From contig JAUCBJ010006180.1 of the NCBI GenBank assembly GCA_032718475.1, positions 1 to 35,850 on the forward strand: a stretch of 35,850 bases of DNA, read 5' to 3'. A program made the position numbers and the translations under genes. Numbering within the stretch: position 1 is the first letter of the stretch; every line of letters begins with the position of its first letter. Positions 1 through 12,325 of this stretch are shown piece after piece. The notes under the pieces were generated by a model. That model did no database searches. It saw only the letters and a list, made by a program, of their open reading frames with translations, and was not told the DNA's origin. The DNA is from Nemertoderma westbladi. Its lineage: Eukaryota > Animalia > Xenacoelomorpha.

Positions 1-1256
1 ATTCCCTTCTTCCAAATACAGTAGAATAACAACGAAGAATTAAATAAATAATTACGAATGCTTGGATGTTGTGTACTATTACTATTGAATATAAGATACT
101 ATACGTATTCGGGATTTATCGAGGAATGTACAGAAAGCATGTTATATTGGGGTAATAACTGTATGACCTGTTGGTTACTTACTACTATTTATGCCTGTCT
201 TAATTGCCAGCACCCAGCAACTAAACCTGTGTAGGGCAGGTTAGCAACGACAACAATTTTATTCATTAATTTTAATCCCAGTATTGTTTCCTCCGCCACC
301 GATGGTAACTAATATTGTACAAACAATGGTATCTGGCTACTACACATTAATACCCACCAAGATATAGTAACTTTAACTTAACTTCATTCACGTAGTCCAT
401 TCATAAAAGTAAACTGCGACTGCAGGCGCAGGTAGGGGCCAGTCTTTTAAACCACAATTGGCTATTGTTTTTAATTGTGAATCCATTCTCATTCGCTATT
501 ATGAAAAGTTTGTGACGCGTGTGATATTAGAATGATAATAGGAGCCAAAAAGGGGTTAAATGTTGGATGGAACCCCAAACGTGACTAAACTATCTTGTAT
601 AAGACGTTATGGTAAGTCAGATTACGGGCTATACAGTAGATTAAGGTTTAGTTCATAGGTTTCGACGATTTTGGCTTGGTTATTTTTTAACAGCTTGGGG
701 TCTTGCACTGACTCTTATAGCGCCAATTATACAACCCAATATTATTACCATTTGTCACCATTGCCATCTGTCATTTACACCACACTTAGTGTTTTATACT
801 CACAATGTTATATATTTCCGGGTATTATTGAAGAAACGTTTGTTATTGGCCTAAAGTAGAAGGTGTATGAATACAGTATAATATTTGGTTATGATAGGAC
901 TAGTGTCTTCTGGCTTCTTCTATGTCAAAATATGGTAGAAAATGCAACAACAATTACTTTATTGCTTTTAACCTTGCCTGTAGTGAAAAAAATAGTTAAT
1001 TATTACTAATCGCTGATATTTACGTCGGCAATTAATCGATACTACTGTATTAATTAAGCGTTGTTTTCTTTTTACTTATATTTAGATATTTCAGAAATCA
1101 CATTTAAATATGAAATGTATGAAAATCTATTTAATAATATTATTTATGCCATTTGGTTATCAACAATAATGAGTCTTACTTAGTACTGTAGGCCTACACA
1201 TACAAGTAGGCCTACACCAAACGCAAATCAGGTTAAATAATTTACCATGTTGGAGG

Positions 1257-1442
1257 ATGGTTGGATATAACGGTGACAGTGGCTAACCGCTAATGCATCT
1301 AGCTGTCGATGGTTGGATAGACCGGTAACAGTGGCTAAAGCGTCTAGCTGTCCATGGTTGGATAGACCGGTAACAGTGGCTAAAGCGTCTAGCTGTCCAT
1401 GGTTGGATAGACCGGTAACAGTGGCTAACTCGTCTAGGTGCC
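1257..1442. repeat. 45-bp tandem minisatellite, about 4 copies
   Basis: Unit atggttggatagaccggtaacagtggctaaagcgtctagctgtcc starts at 1309, 1354, 1399, with a longer diverged copy at 1257; explains the repetitive ORFs 1283..1498 and 1313..1531. Confidence 0.9.
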
Positions 1443-2293
1443 GAGGTATTCAAGGTGATGCTGGGTTTGAGCATATATTTCAATATACATTTTGCCACGG
1501 TATATTAGAGCAACCTACTTGCTGTTATTGACACTGCGATAAAATGCGAAATAAGATGCCCCTCACAGCACCTGAAATAGATGAACATGAACAATACATT
1601 AAATATGCACATATTTTCCGCAACGGAATTCCATATGAGTATTGTTTGTTTGATAGTAGCTATTGTAGCAGGATACAGCAGTAACATTACATCACATTGA
1701 TTGGCCTGTTGTATTGGGCGAGCTGCCGCATAAATCGATCTACTTACACCGTTCTGGGGTCATTAATGATTTATTACTGAGTTGTAATAATTCATTTTCA
1801 TCCCAAGCAGTGCGTAAATAGCCTGCTTGATTTCATAAGTGATTACGCCACTGCATTTATATTCTTTGCGAGAGATTGCTTGTTGGTCGCTATCACCAAT
1901 CCCAGCACGCATGCACAACCCAGCACCAATTACTTATAAATATTTAAATAACCAACCAACATTCATTTAAACTATAATTTATTTAAGAACAGTAAATGAC
2001 CACTTGTGAAAATTAGCCAATATTTAACTATAATTATAGATAAATGATTAACCAATGGCAATAGGGATAGTTACTATTTTCCAATTGTTATGTTCAGGGT
2101 ATTTCTTACCTTAGATGATCATTTTTTAATTACAGTATTTAATTTTATTCCAAAATTCTCCCATAAAATTTGTTATCTGTGTTTGTGTTACTTTAGTTCA
2201 TATTTGCATCATCACAATATTTTAAAGAATTTTTTCAATTAATAAAATAATTATCAGACTTTTTTTTACATATGAAATAATCAGCCGTGAACT

Positions 2294-5200
2294 ATGTTTT
2301 CGATTACTTTTCCTCACGAAAGTAAATCACAAAATGCCAAGCGATTAGAAGCGCACGCGAAACTCCTGTCCAATCAGAAACCAGCGGCTACAGGGACCCC
2401 AACCAGGGAGATGGCGAGCAGCTGTGACTTCTACGCCAATGAACCACTCCCACCAGAGCTGGCTCAGGTTTCCTGTGGCGATACAATGCAATTAGGGGAC
2501 GTTAGGGGCCCCCATGGAGAAAGATCTTGGCAGGAACATCATCAAACCGCCTCCCCTATTATAACAAACAACGAAATAAATTCCTCTCAGAACTATTTCC
2601 GTCATTTACACACCCGTTATACGGATCCGTTTATTATTAATTCCAGTTGCGCTGACTCACCTCATAAAAATGCCAAGGATTCGGATAGCAGTTATATAAA
2701 CAAACAGGAAAGTCATAAAAGTAAATCCCCGTCTGCGACTCAATTGGGGTATTATAAGGCGGATGCAGAGGAGAGTGCCGCCATTATTAGCTGGTGCAGC
2801 AGCACAGAAACTAGTTTAAACATGAGATTTAGTGGGAGTGTTGACGATGTGAGAGTAAACCGCGGATTCACGAGGGACAGTGGACTGGGGTCTACCCCCA
2901 CCGCCAGTGATTCTCCAGCGCAGTATGGCAGTCCAAATGGGAGTCTGAGTCACTATGGTTCCCAGGGCTGTTTGTCGGCGCGTTCAGTTCAAGGGAGTCT
3001 ACCTAGGTCTAACCAGAAACCGACTCAATTAAAAAACATTGATAACAAATTCGGCGACGTGACAGATAGAGAAAAAAACTTGGAGTTACCGAAATTAGAA
3101 TACTTGCCTTGGACCTTATCAGAGATCACGGCAATAATCGCGACAAATAACACAGAACTTACGTGTAATTCATATAATGATGACGTCATAAGCAGGATTG
3201 GGGAGTTAACACCACCAGCGTTGCTACGCATTGCCCAGGAAGCCCGCCGATTGGCTAGCAATCTGGGCGTTCTTACTCAACAAGATATTCACACTGCCAT
3301 ACGATTGGTCTTCCCCAAAGCTGTATCCGACTGTTGTCTTAGATATGCGATCCAAGCCAAGTCCTTATATGCGTTGTCGCAGCGGAGTCGAGGGTGCGAT
3401 GGTCGCAGCCATCGCGCTGGATTGTCGCTCTCTGTCGGATCATTCCATCGATGGATGATAGAAACCGATCTAGCCAATCACGTGACTGATTCTTCGGCCC
3501 TGTTTCTAACGGCTGCGATGGAGAAAGTAATTGAGGAAATATTCACGAGATGTTTACAGCGCTGCCATGGAGACTGCATCACATCGGATAGTCTCAAAGA
3601 GCGGTTACAAAGTGATGTATGTCTGTGGTCCGTCCTGCAACCATGGCAACACATACCGGCCGGTATGGACGCCCACGGACACATCGCAGTTAGTCTAGAC
3701 GTATTGGAAGCGAAAGCTAAGACGAGGAGGGGAACAAAAACTAACGGGAGTTTAATGACTCATCGCGAGATGGAGTTGAGTCTCAATGTTACAGAAGTGA
3801 ACTCTGTACCCGAACTTAGTGATTTAGTTGGTAAAGCGACGCATTACTTCAACTCGTGTCAAACTGGTATACAAGCCTTACACAGTGGCAGACGGTCGCC
3901 TATTGGCTGGACTGATCAATCCATTCACTGCCTTTATTACTTTCTATCATCAAACAGCAAACCAAAATCAATTTATAACAAGCCAATAGGGGCTTCGCCA
4001 TTATCAGAATGGCTAAGGATAGCTTTCTCATTGGTTGAACACCGGCGTTGTGTTATGGTAGACGAAGATGATGTGAAACAGGCCGCTAGGATTCTACTCC
4101 CCCAGACAGACTGCCCGCCGAGGCCGCTGCTATTCGCTGACTTTTCCCGTTGCGTTTCCCGCCAAATGGACTCGCGGGGCGCGATCAAGAGTTACAACCA
4201 AGAACTAGCCTTCCACATATTGAGTACCGGTCGCAGCGATATGGTGGTGGAAGCGGTGCGTCTACTCGGCCATTACGGACTCAATACGGCCAATCCCATG
4301 GGCATGACAGCTGTGATGGCTGCAGCAGTAGCAGGAGATGCCGCAATCCTACAAGCTATGCTAGACCTCTACCAACCTGACCTCAACCAATCAGTGCCGA
4401 GAGACACCCAAACCAACCCCACCGCCGATGCAGACACGGCGGGGTGGACAGCGATTCACTTCGCTGCCGCTAAGGGGCACCACGCAGTCGTTCAGTTACT
4501 CGTAGAACGAGGCGCTAGTTGCCATGGAGACCCAAGAGTTACTCGAGCAACAGGTGTATTGTCACCGTTACAACTAGCATCCGCCAACGGGTGTATCCCC
4601 ATCCTTGATATTCTCCTAAGCAACGGAGCTGACCCTCTGTGGTCTGTCACTAGGAAACAACGCCATCTAGCTGCAGCTGAAAGCCAACCGACTCTGAACT
4701 CATACGCGCTCGCTGCAGCTCACGGACGTACAGACGCGCTAAAATTACTGCTAAACTACCCGGTTGGTGAAAGAAATGCGAAAGCGAAGTTAACACTGGA
4801 AGAAGTGCTAAGTGGGGAGACAACGTTAAACATAGATGCCCGCCAGGCGTTGAGACGGGAAGCCTTACGGGAAGCGATGCATTACGCCGGGGAGAACGGG
4901 TTTACGGACTCGGTTATACTGCTACGGGAGGAAGGGATACCGTGGACGTTACCAGCCTGGACGCAGTGCATGGAGTCCGCGGTTACATTCGCGAATAAGT
5001 CGACGCAACTCGCGCTGTTACGTCAGTTCACTTCCGTCGAACCATCCGTATCGCAATGCGGCGAGGTGCTTCCGCAAGTGTTCGCGCTACTACGCAGGTC
5101 CAGGAACGACGCGGAATTATTCTGTTTAACCGGCGCAGCTTTGGCGCGGCTATACGGAAAGGATCCAATAGCGGCTATAGTACCGGCTCGAAGGAGCACC

Positions 5201-5758
5201 TCGGTGGTCATAGATCCCAGGTTTATTAATGTCGCGGAAAGTTGCGATACCAAGGTAACGGTGCAAGGTGCGCCGGTTCTACTCCATAAAGTCGTTCTAC
5301 TGGAAACCCAATCCGATAGACTAAGGCTACACGCGGCGCCAGACTATTTCTCAGACATTGACGACGTTTCTTATGATACTTTCTTACTGATTCTGCAGTA
5401 CCTTTATGGTTGTAACGCCAATGACTTACTGGGTCGCTGCACAAGTAAGGAACTAGTGGACATGTTGCACGCCTCCACATCCTACGGTTTGGAGTGTCTT
5501 ACACTTGACATTCAGGTGCAATTGACTCGCTTGTTAAACCCAGAAAACGTTGTCACTTTGTACAAAATAGTTAGGAGTCTCAATTTACAGGATATGCTGC
5601 AATATTGTTTAGGTTTTTTTCTGCAAAATTTTCCTTGTCTGACACAACAGGATGCATTTAAAAGACTTTGTTTCAAACATTCGGGAAAACGAATTTCCGA
5701 CGATTTCATCAACAAATTACAAAAAGTGTTATCTCTCAGACTGGGAGAAATTTGTTGA
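2294..5758 (+). CDS. ABTB2: ABTB2/ABTB3(BTBD11)-family protein: H2B/H2A-like histone folds, ankyrin repeats, C-terminal BTB; single uninterrupted ORF
   Basis: 1154-aa ORF with family-like segments LPKLEYLPWT, LLRIAQEARRL..LTQQDIHTAIRLVFP (H2B-like), SHRAGLSLSVGSFHRWM..ALFLTAAME (H2A-like), PLSEWLRIA..EHRR..VDEDDVKQAARILLPQTDCPPR; ankyrin motifs GWTAIHFAAAKGH, SPLQLASANG; BTB-like LLHKVVL..YDTFLLILQYLYG. True start may be Met40 (ATG 2411, gagATGg). Symbol is family level. Confidence 0.9.
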   Translation: MFSITFPHESKSQNAKRLEAHAKLLSNQKPAATGTPTREMASSCDFYANEPLPPELAQVSCGDTMQLGDVRGPHGERSWQEHHQTASPIITNNEINSSQNYFRHLHTRYTDPFIINSSCADSPHKNAKDSDSSYINKQESHKSKSPSATQLGYYKADAEESAAIISWCSSTETSLNMRFSGSVDDVRVNRGFTRDSGLGSTPTASDSPAQYGSPNGSLSHYGSQGCLSARSVQGSLPRSNQKPTQLKNIDNKFGDVTDREKNLELPKLEYLPWTLSEITAIIATNNTELTCNSYNDDVISRIGELTPPALLRIAQEARRLASNLGVLTQQDIHTAIRLVFPKAVSDCCLRYAIQAKSLYALSQRSRGCDGRSHRAGLSLSVGSFHRWMIETDLANHVTDSSALFLTAAMEKVIEEIFTRCLQRCHGDCITSDSLKERLQSDVCLWSVLQPWQHIPAGMDAHGHIAVSLDVLEAKAKTRRGTKTNGSLMTHREMELSLNVTEVNSVPELSDLVGKATHYFNSCQTGIQALHSGRRSPIGWTDQSIHCLYYFLSSNSKPKSIYNKPIGASPLSEWLRIAFSLVEHRRCVMVDEDDVKQAARILLPQTDCPPRPLLFADFSRCVSRQMDSRGAIKSYNQELAFHILSTGRSDMVVEAVRLLGHYGLNTANPMGMTAVMAAAVAGDAAILQAMLDLYQPDLNQSVPRDTQTNPTADADTAGWTAIHFAAAKGHHAVVQLLVERGASCHGDPRVTRATGVLSPLQLASANGCIPILDILLSNGADPLWSVTRKQRHLAAAESQPTLNSYALAAAHGRTDALKLLLNYPVGERNAKAKLTLEEVLSGETTLNIDARQALRREALREAMHYAGENGFTDSVILLREEGIPWTLPAWTQCMESAVTFANKSTQLALLRQFTSVEPSVSQCGEVLPQVFALLRRSRNDAELFCLTGAALARLYGKDPIAAIVPARRSTSVVIDPRFINVAESCDTKVTVQGAPVLLHKVVLLETQSDRLRLHAAPDYFSDIDDVSYDTFLLILQYLYGCNANDLLGRCTSKELVDMLHASTSYGLECLTLDIQVQLTRLLNPENVVTLYKIVRSLNLQDMLQYCLGFFLQNFPCLTQQDAFKRLCFKHSGKRISDDFINKLQKVLSLRLGEIC

Positions 5759-5778
5759 AGATTATTTTAATTTATTAT

Positions 5779-5784
5779 AATAAA
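5779..5784 (+). terminator. Candidate polyadenylation signal for the ABTB-family gene
   Basis: AATAAA 21 nt after the stop, followed by GT-rich tgtgtg; a second AATAAA at 5880. AT-rich context lowers specificity. Confidence 0.45.
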
Positions 5785-6666
5785 TGTGTGACATTCCAAA
5801 CTGAATATTCTATGTGATGGGAAACATCTGTGTGAATAGCAAATTAAATTATTTGTTTTATAATAATTGTTGTTTAGTTAATAAATTGAAATAAATAGTA
5901 TATTATCACTGATACTCATTTTTAGAGTTGAATGTTTTCACATTGAGTGCAATTTAACTACTGAGTTACCAAGTTTGACAATATAAATTGTACTTATGTC
6001 AATCAACACAATTATTGACGAATCATAATTAACTAATTTAAATGGTGGGAAAAAAGTATACTTATTAATTATTTAATTAGCGTAATTAATTATTGGCAAG
6101 CGGAGCGAGACAAATAAGAAAGCAAGACAAAAAACCCCGACGAATAACGAGACCACATTGTCGACGGTTTCACTTTTCTCGCCTTTCGTAGAAAAATAAA
6201 ATACGCAACGTGAACGGTTTTCTTGCGGATTGTCAATTTTGATGTGAGACCCTATGATGATATTATACTATTCTAGAATATTAAATAACATGTGGAAGCC
6301 TTCAGCGCTATGTATTTTAATGCAATATTATTAGTTTCATGGAAATTTCTTTGAAATGCAATTCGTACATTACTATTTTTGTTGACAAGAAAATTGTTCT
6401 TTTTTGTCAAACTTGTTAACGAATTTGAAAAAAAAATTTGATAAATAAAGGTCTTTAACAATTAGGCCCTTATATACTAATACACATTTATATCGCCAGC
6501 TCACTTTATCGGCTTCCATGCCATCGCAGTTGTACCGGTATACATTTTGTTATATTTATTGCCATTAGGCACGTGGCACACCTTGGACTGCTTGTTTGGA
6601 CATCTTGGTGAAGAAAAATAAACACCTATTCTGTTTGCATATTTGAGTTTGCATAGATTTCGTTTC

Positions 6667-6830
6667 AATTTATTTGACTTTGGGCACCAAAGCACAAAGT
6701 CAAATAAATTAATTAAATTATTAAATAAAATAATTAAATATATTAAATAATAAATAAAAATAAAAAAATAAATAATTAAATTAATTAAAAATTAAATTAA
6801 ATAAAAATTAAATATTAAAATTATTTCACG
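6667..6830. repeat. 16-bp perfect hairpin followed by A/T-only low-complexity tract
   Basis: aatttatttgactttg (6667-6682) is the reverse complement of caaagtcaaataaatt (6695-6710); then about 115 bp of almost pure A/T. Confidence 0.7.
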
Positions 6831-6991
6831 GACCCTGCAAAATAAATATAATTAATATAGTTTGAGCTCACAAAGAATTATAAATTCAAATATTGATGAT
6901 ACAGTATATCGATAATTTTCTAACATTAATTAATTATTTAAATAGTAAATAATTACAGGTTTCTGGGACATGGACATGGTGTATATGGGAT

Positions 6992-7025
<34 letters not shown>

Positions 7026-8110
7026 TGGTGTACAGGCGGACTATTTACTAGAAAATAGGCTGCGTCTTTGTGGAACGCTGCTCCATCTTTACTTCTAAAG
7101 TTAGCTGCTAGAGGGCCAACTAATTAGTATTTATCTACTAATTATCTGTGATCTTTAACTAAGAAAACTGAGTATGTATGTACTGTATACCTTCGCAAAC
7201 CATTTTGTTCGAAAAATATGGGAATTTTTGTGCAAGTCGGTTTTTTTTCAAAATTTGTAAAGATTTTAAGGATTTTTATGACAAATATCTCATGTAGAAG
7301 GATTTCTAGTACCAACTGGGCTGTAGTTCTCGGTCCAAGAGTTTGGCCCAATGAATCTAGATAATGTAGGCTATCTTCTGTGACAATTTCAACACAAAAT
7401 TATTGTTTTTTGAAAAATTTATGGGGGTTTTAGTATGTTCGGGCTATATTTCTGGAATCATATACTTAGAGGTAGACAAAGAGAAGCAGCTACATAACGG
7501 ATCAAAGAACATCCAAATGGACATGTTTTACAAAACCAATACTCACGACTGTAGCCCTATAGATGCTGAACATTTTAGTAGATGTTTGATAATAATTGAG
7601 TGAAAAATTAAAAAGTAGTTCTGGAATTTAGTGAGGAAAAATGTACAAATCGGCAAACTGAGAAAAAGGTTGTTTTATACAGAGAGTCATGAATATAAGC
7701 AATAAATTATGTTGTTGAAAAGTTCTGTTTTGAGGTGGAAAAATTATTCAATGGTAAAAACCGATGTCATCATATGAAAGACCTTCTATGAAACCACAAA
7801 AGTAGAAGAAAAAAAAATTTTAAATTTTCAGAAAATTGGAAAATTTTGCAGTCTCAGGGGGTGATACACCCATTAATACACTTTCTTATTAAGCTCTCGT
7901 GAAGTGTGGTCTCCGAAGTCAGGTCTGCTCTCTCGAAGACCTTCGGATACGTAAGGGGAAACGTTGCCATGGGCAGCGTTAAATAGTAAATAAATAAATA
8001 GTAAATAAATAATAAATAAATAGTAAATAGCGCTTTGTTGTCCGGATCGTTAATTATCCGCAAATAAGGAGCCAGAAACGGCTAAGGCCGTAACGGTCGA
8101 ATAAGGTCTA

Positions 8111-8170
8111 GGTCTGTAAATATGTCGGGGTGCGATAAAAGGTCTGTAAATATGTCGGGGTGCGATAAAA
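8111..8170. repeat. 30-bp perfect tandem duplication
   Basis: ggtctgtaaatatgtcggggtgcgataaaa occurs twice head to tail. Confidence 0.9.
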
Positions 8171-8304
8171 GTCGGTTATTTTTAAATAACTTAATAATAA
8201 ACTTAATAATTATTTCTAAATGATCAACCCACTTTATTTATTTAATTTATTTATTTAATTCATGCTCATCATTATTAAAAATAACGGCACATCGTATGTA
8301 AGTA

Positions 8305-9106
8305 CACCATGACCCGTAATATAGTGTCATTTTCTGATGACACGGACCCCCCCCTCCCCCCAAAATTTTTCAACAAATCTTTATCATATTGCTTGAAATT
8401 TGAAACACAACTAGTTCAACTCACCGTGGTTGTTACCATGAAGCCTGGAATTTTCGATTTCGCCTTTCGCTTTTTTTAATAACCGTTTTAATAAAGTGTC
8501 TTTTGGCGAAATCGCACCCTCCGTAACGTGGCCATTCTAATTAATTATTTTATATCAATAGAAAGCTTGCGTGACTAAGGATTCCAAATATGTAAAAATA
8601 TCTGAATTTCGTTGAGAAACAGCTGAGCAATAGGCGTTCAAAGATTGCCAGAATTATAGTTCGCCATAATCAGATATTATATTGTGTAGCTATTCCATAC
8701 ATACTGTTAGCAAAATGTCCCAGAACATCGTGTATTTATTAAATAGAATAAATAGCCTTTAGCGAACGATACTTATTGTAATCTGTTTCTCAACGAAACT
8801 CAGACATTGTTACATAATTGGAATCCTTGTAACGCAAGCGTTCTATTGATATAAAATAATTAATTAGAATGGCCACGTTACGGAGGGTGCGATTTCGCAA
8901 AATATACTTTATTAAAACGCTTATAAAAAGCGGCAAAATCTAAAATTTAGGCTTCATGGTAACAACCACGGTGAGTTGAACTACCGGTAATGTGTTTCAA
9001 ATTTCAAGCAATATGATAAAGATTTGTTGAAAAATCTGGGAGGGGGGGGGGGGGGGGGGGGGGGTCCGTGTCATCAGAAAATGACACAATATTACGGGAC
9101 ATGGGG
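8305..9106. mobile_element. Non-autonomous TIR element (MITE), long inverted arms of about 340 bp, TA target duplication; Tc1/mariner-like
   Basis: Left end TA|caccatgacccgtaatatagtgtcattttctgatgacacggacccc mirrors right end ggggtccgtgtcatcagaaaatgacacaatattacgggacatgggg|TA; complementarity continues to about 8640/8765. No transposase ORF. Confidence 0.85.
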
Positions 9107-9479
9107 TATAAAATAAATGTAGCACAAAAAAAAACTCCGTTATAAGATGAGGAAATAAACTTCAGGAATCGGAATCTCAATATTCATAAACCATCACAAT
9201 TATATACAGTAATCCACAATAACAGGGGTCAGAGTAAAACGCGGATCCGGATCAGGATCCGGATTCTATCATTTAACATTGTCCCTATGGAAGTCGACTG
9301 AATTTACATTTTTAGGGTGTAATCTGCGGATCCGTGCACTGCTAAATTTACCGAATCCGTAACCGAGTGTAAAATGCGGATTGGCCTTTTTTTCAGATCC
9401 GGAACGGAGTGTAAAGCGCGGATTCATGTTTTAGGCTAAATCCTGAACGGAGTGTAAAACGCGGATTCATTTTTCTACT

Positions 9480-10575
9480 GAATCCGGGATTGGGTGTAAA
9501 ATACGGATTCAGGTTTATTACAAAGTTTTATTAAATCCGGGAAGGGGTGTAAAATGCGGATTCAAGTTAATTACCATGTTTTATTGGATCCGGAATGGAG
9601 TGTAAAACGCGGATTCTCGTTAATTACCAAGTTTTGTTGGATCCGGAATGGAGTGTAAAACACGGATTTTCGTTAATTACCAAGTTTTATTGGATCCGGA
9701 ATGGAGTGTAAAACACGGATTTACGTTAATTATCAAGTTTTATTGGATCCGGAATGGAGTGTAAAACACGGATTTACGTTAATTATCAAGTTTTATTGGA
9801 TCCGGAATGGAGTGTAAAACACGGATTTACGTTAATTACCAAGTTTTATTGGATCCGGAATGGAGTGTAAAATACGGATTTACGTTAATTACCAAGTTTT
9901 ATTGGATCCGGAATGGAGTGTAAAACACGGATTTACGTTAATTACCAAGTTTTATTGGATCCGGAATGGAGTGTAAAACACGGATTTACGTTAATTACCA
10001 AGTTTTATTGGATCCGGAATGGAGTGTAAAACACGGATTTACGTTAATTACCAAGTTTTATTGGATCCGGAATGGAGTGTAAAACACGGATTTACGTTAA
10101 TTACCAAGTTTTATTGGATCCGGAATGGAGTGTAAAACACGGATTTCGTTAATTACCAAGTTTTATTGGATCCGGAATGGAGTGTAAAATACGGATTTAC
10201 GTTAATTACCAAGTTTTATTGGATCCGGAATGGAGTGTAAAACACGGATTTACGTTAATTACCAAGTTTTATTGGATCCGGAATGGAGTGTAAAACACGG
10301 ATTTACGTTAATTACCAAGTTTTATTGGATCCGGAATGGAGTGTAAAACACGGATTTTCGTTAATTACCAAGTTTTATTGGATCCGGAATGGAGTGTAAA
10401 ACACGGATTTTCGTTAATTACCAAGTTTTATTGGATCCGGAATGGAGTGTAAAACACGGATTTCGTTAATTACCAAGTTTTATTGGATCCGGAATGTGTA
10501 CCGTGTTAATTACCAAGTTTTATTGGATCCGGGAAGGGGTGTAAAACGCGGATTCAAGTTAATTAGTAAGTTTTA
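9480..10575 (+). repeat. Left-arm 53-bp tandem array, about 20 copies
   Basis: Unit ggatccggaatggagtgtaaaacacggatttacgttaattaccaagttttatt; starts at 9586 and 9639 give period 53. Confidence 0.95.
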
Positions 10576-10651
10576 ATGAACAATTTGTAAAACGCATATG
10601 CAATAAAGACCCAGACCCTCATCTAGTTACAATTATTAATTAGTGCAATGT

Positions 10652-10834
10652 TTATTGTTCTTTAGTAACTTTTCTTGGCTTGCTGACTTTCCTGGTTTTT
10701 TTCTTCTCCGGACTCGGGGTGCACGATGTTTGCGTAGTGAGTTCAAGCGGCTCAACAATGGCTGTATCATTGGTTGGACTCGGAATAACGAATCCCGTAA
10801 ATGGAACCTTTACAAAGTCATCACTGTCATCCAT
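10652..10834 (-). CDS. Putative 60-aa ORF in Foldback loop (acidic N-terminus, basic NLS-like C-terminus); may be a transposase or captured-gene remnant
   Basis: MDDSDDFVKVPF...PSPEKKKTRKVSKPRKVTKEQ; start context aaacATGg; stop overlaps AATAAA; no family recognised. Confidence 0.3.
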   Translation of the reverse strand: MDDSDDFVKVPFTGFVIPSPTNDTAIVEPLELTTQTSCTPSPEKKKTRKVSKPRKVTKEQ

Positions 10835-11324
10835 GTTTAATAAGAAATTAAATAAGAAATTATACTGAACAGTTCAGCCTCCATAAATTAGGAAGGCAGC
10901 ACGCTTGCAAGGCCTTAAATAGAGTACGCTATGATGCAGTACAAACTACCGCCAGCTAGGCAGAACAGTGATTCTTGTTTGTAAGGGAGGTTGGGATGGA
11001 TAAGCCAATCAGGGAACAGGACAGTAATCCTACCATACAATTGTCTACAGAGCCGCTCTACCAGAGAGGTCACGTTCCCACGGTAGTAGTTTTTCAGCTA
11101 ATCAATATCTAATAATGTCTGACGGCCAAGCATCACCATCGCCCCTTATTAATAATTCATTGGGAAGCATTGACCCCTATTAAGGTGTCCCCCAGAGCCG
11201 GATTAAGCTTATGTGTGGCCCCTAGACATAGACAAATTATTAAGGTGTCTATTAACTATTACGGTGGCCCCCATTAATGTTTGTGTCCCCTCATTAATAG
11301 TTGTGTCCCTCATTAACAAACTCA

Positions 11325-12325
11325 GTAATTAACGTAAATCCGCATTTTACACCCCTTCCCGGATCCAGTAACACTTTGTAATTAACCTGAATCAATCCGC
11401 GTTTTACACCCCTTCCCGGATCCAGTAACACTTGGTAAATGAATTGAATCCGCGTTTTACACCCCTTCCCGGATCCATTAAAACTTGGTAATTAACGTAA
11501 ATCCGTGTTTTACACTCCATTCCGGATCCAACAAAACTTGGTAATTAACGAAAATCCGTGTTTTACACTCCATTCCGGATCCAATAAAACTTGGTAATTA
11601 ACATAAATCCGTGTTTTACACTCCATTCCGGATCCAATAAAACTTGGTAATTAACTTAAATCCGTGTTTTACACTCCATTCCGGATCCAACAAAACTTGG
11701 TAATTAACGTAAATCCGTGTTTTACACTCCATTCCGGATCCAACAAAACTTGGTAATTAACGAAAATCCGTGTTTTACACTCCATTCCGGATCCAACAAA
11801 ACTTGGTAATTAACGTAAATCCGTGTTTTACACTCCATTCCGGATCCAACAAAACTTGGTAATTAACGAAAATCCGTGTTTTACACTCCATTCCGGATCC
11901 AACAAAACTTGGTAATTAACGAAAATCCGTGTTTTACACTCCATTCCGGATCCAACAAAACTTGGTAATTAACGAAAATCCGTGTTTTACACTCCATTCC
12001 GGATCCAACAAAACTTGGTAATTAACGAAAATCCGTGTTTTACACTCCATTCCGGATCCAACAAAACTTGATAATTAACGTAAATCCGTGTTTTACACTC
12101 CATTCCGGATCCAATAAAACTTGGTAATTAACGTAAATCCGTATTTTACACTCCATTCCGGATCCAACAAAACTTGGTAATTAACGAAAATCCGTGTTTT
12201 ACACTCCATTCCGGATCCAACAAAACTTGATAATTAACGAAAATCCGTGTTTTACACTCCATTCCGGATCCAATAAAACTTGGTAATTAACGTAAATCCG
12301 TATTTTACACTCCATTCCGGATTCA
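11325..12325 (-). repeat. Right-arm 53-bp tandem array, about 19 copies, inverted relative to left arm
   Basis: Unit atccgtgttttacactccattccggatccaacaaaacttggtaattaacgaaa is the reverse complement of the left-arm unit. Confidence 0.95.

Noticed and set aside
7200-7876. Possible TTAA-ended non-autonomous element ending caggggtgatacacccattaa
   Set aside because: No matching left terminus or second copy in the window.
7930-7970. tcgaaga-cctt..aagg-gGAAACGTT hammerhead-like string
   Set aside because: Core is not CUGANGA and stem I does not form.
11193-11226. cagagccggattaag..ggccccta as a nested hAT-like terminus
   Set aside because: Only one end seen, no partner TIR or 8-bp TSD.
9480-12325. 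CRISPR-like appearance of the 53-bp arrays
   Set aside because: No unique spacers, no cas genes, eukaryotic context; arrays are arms of a TSD-flanked element.
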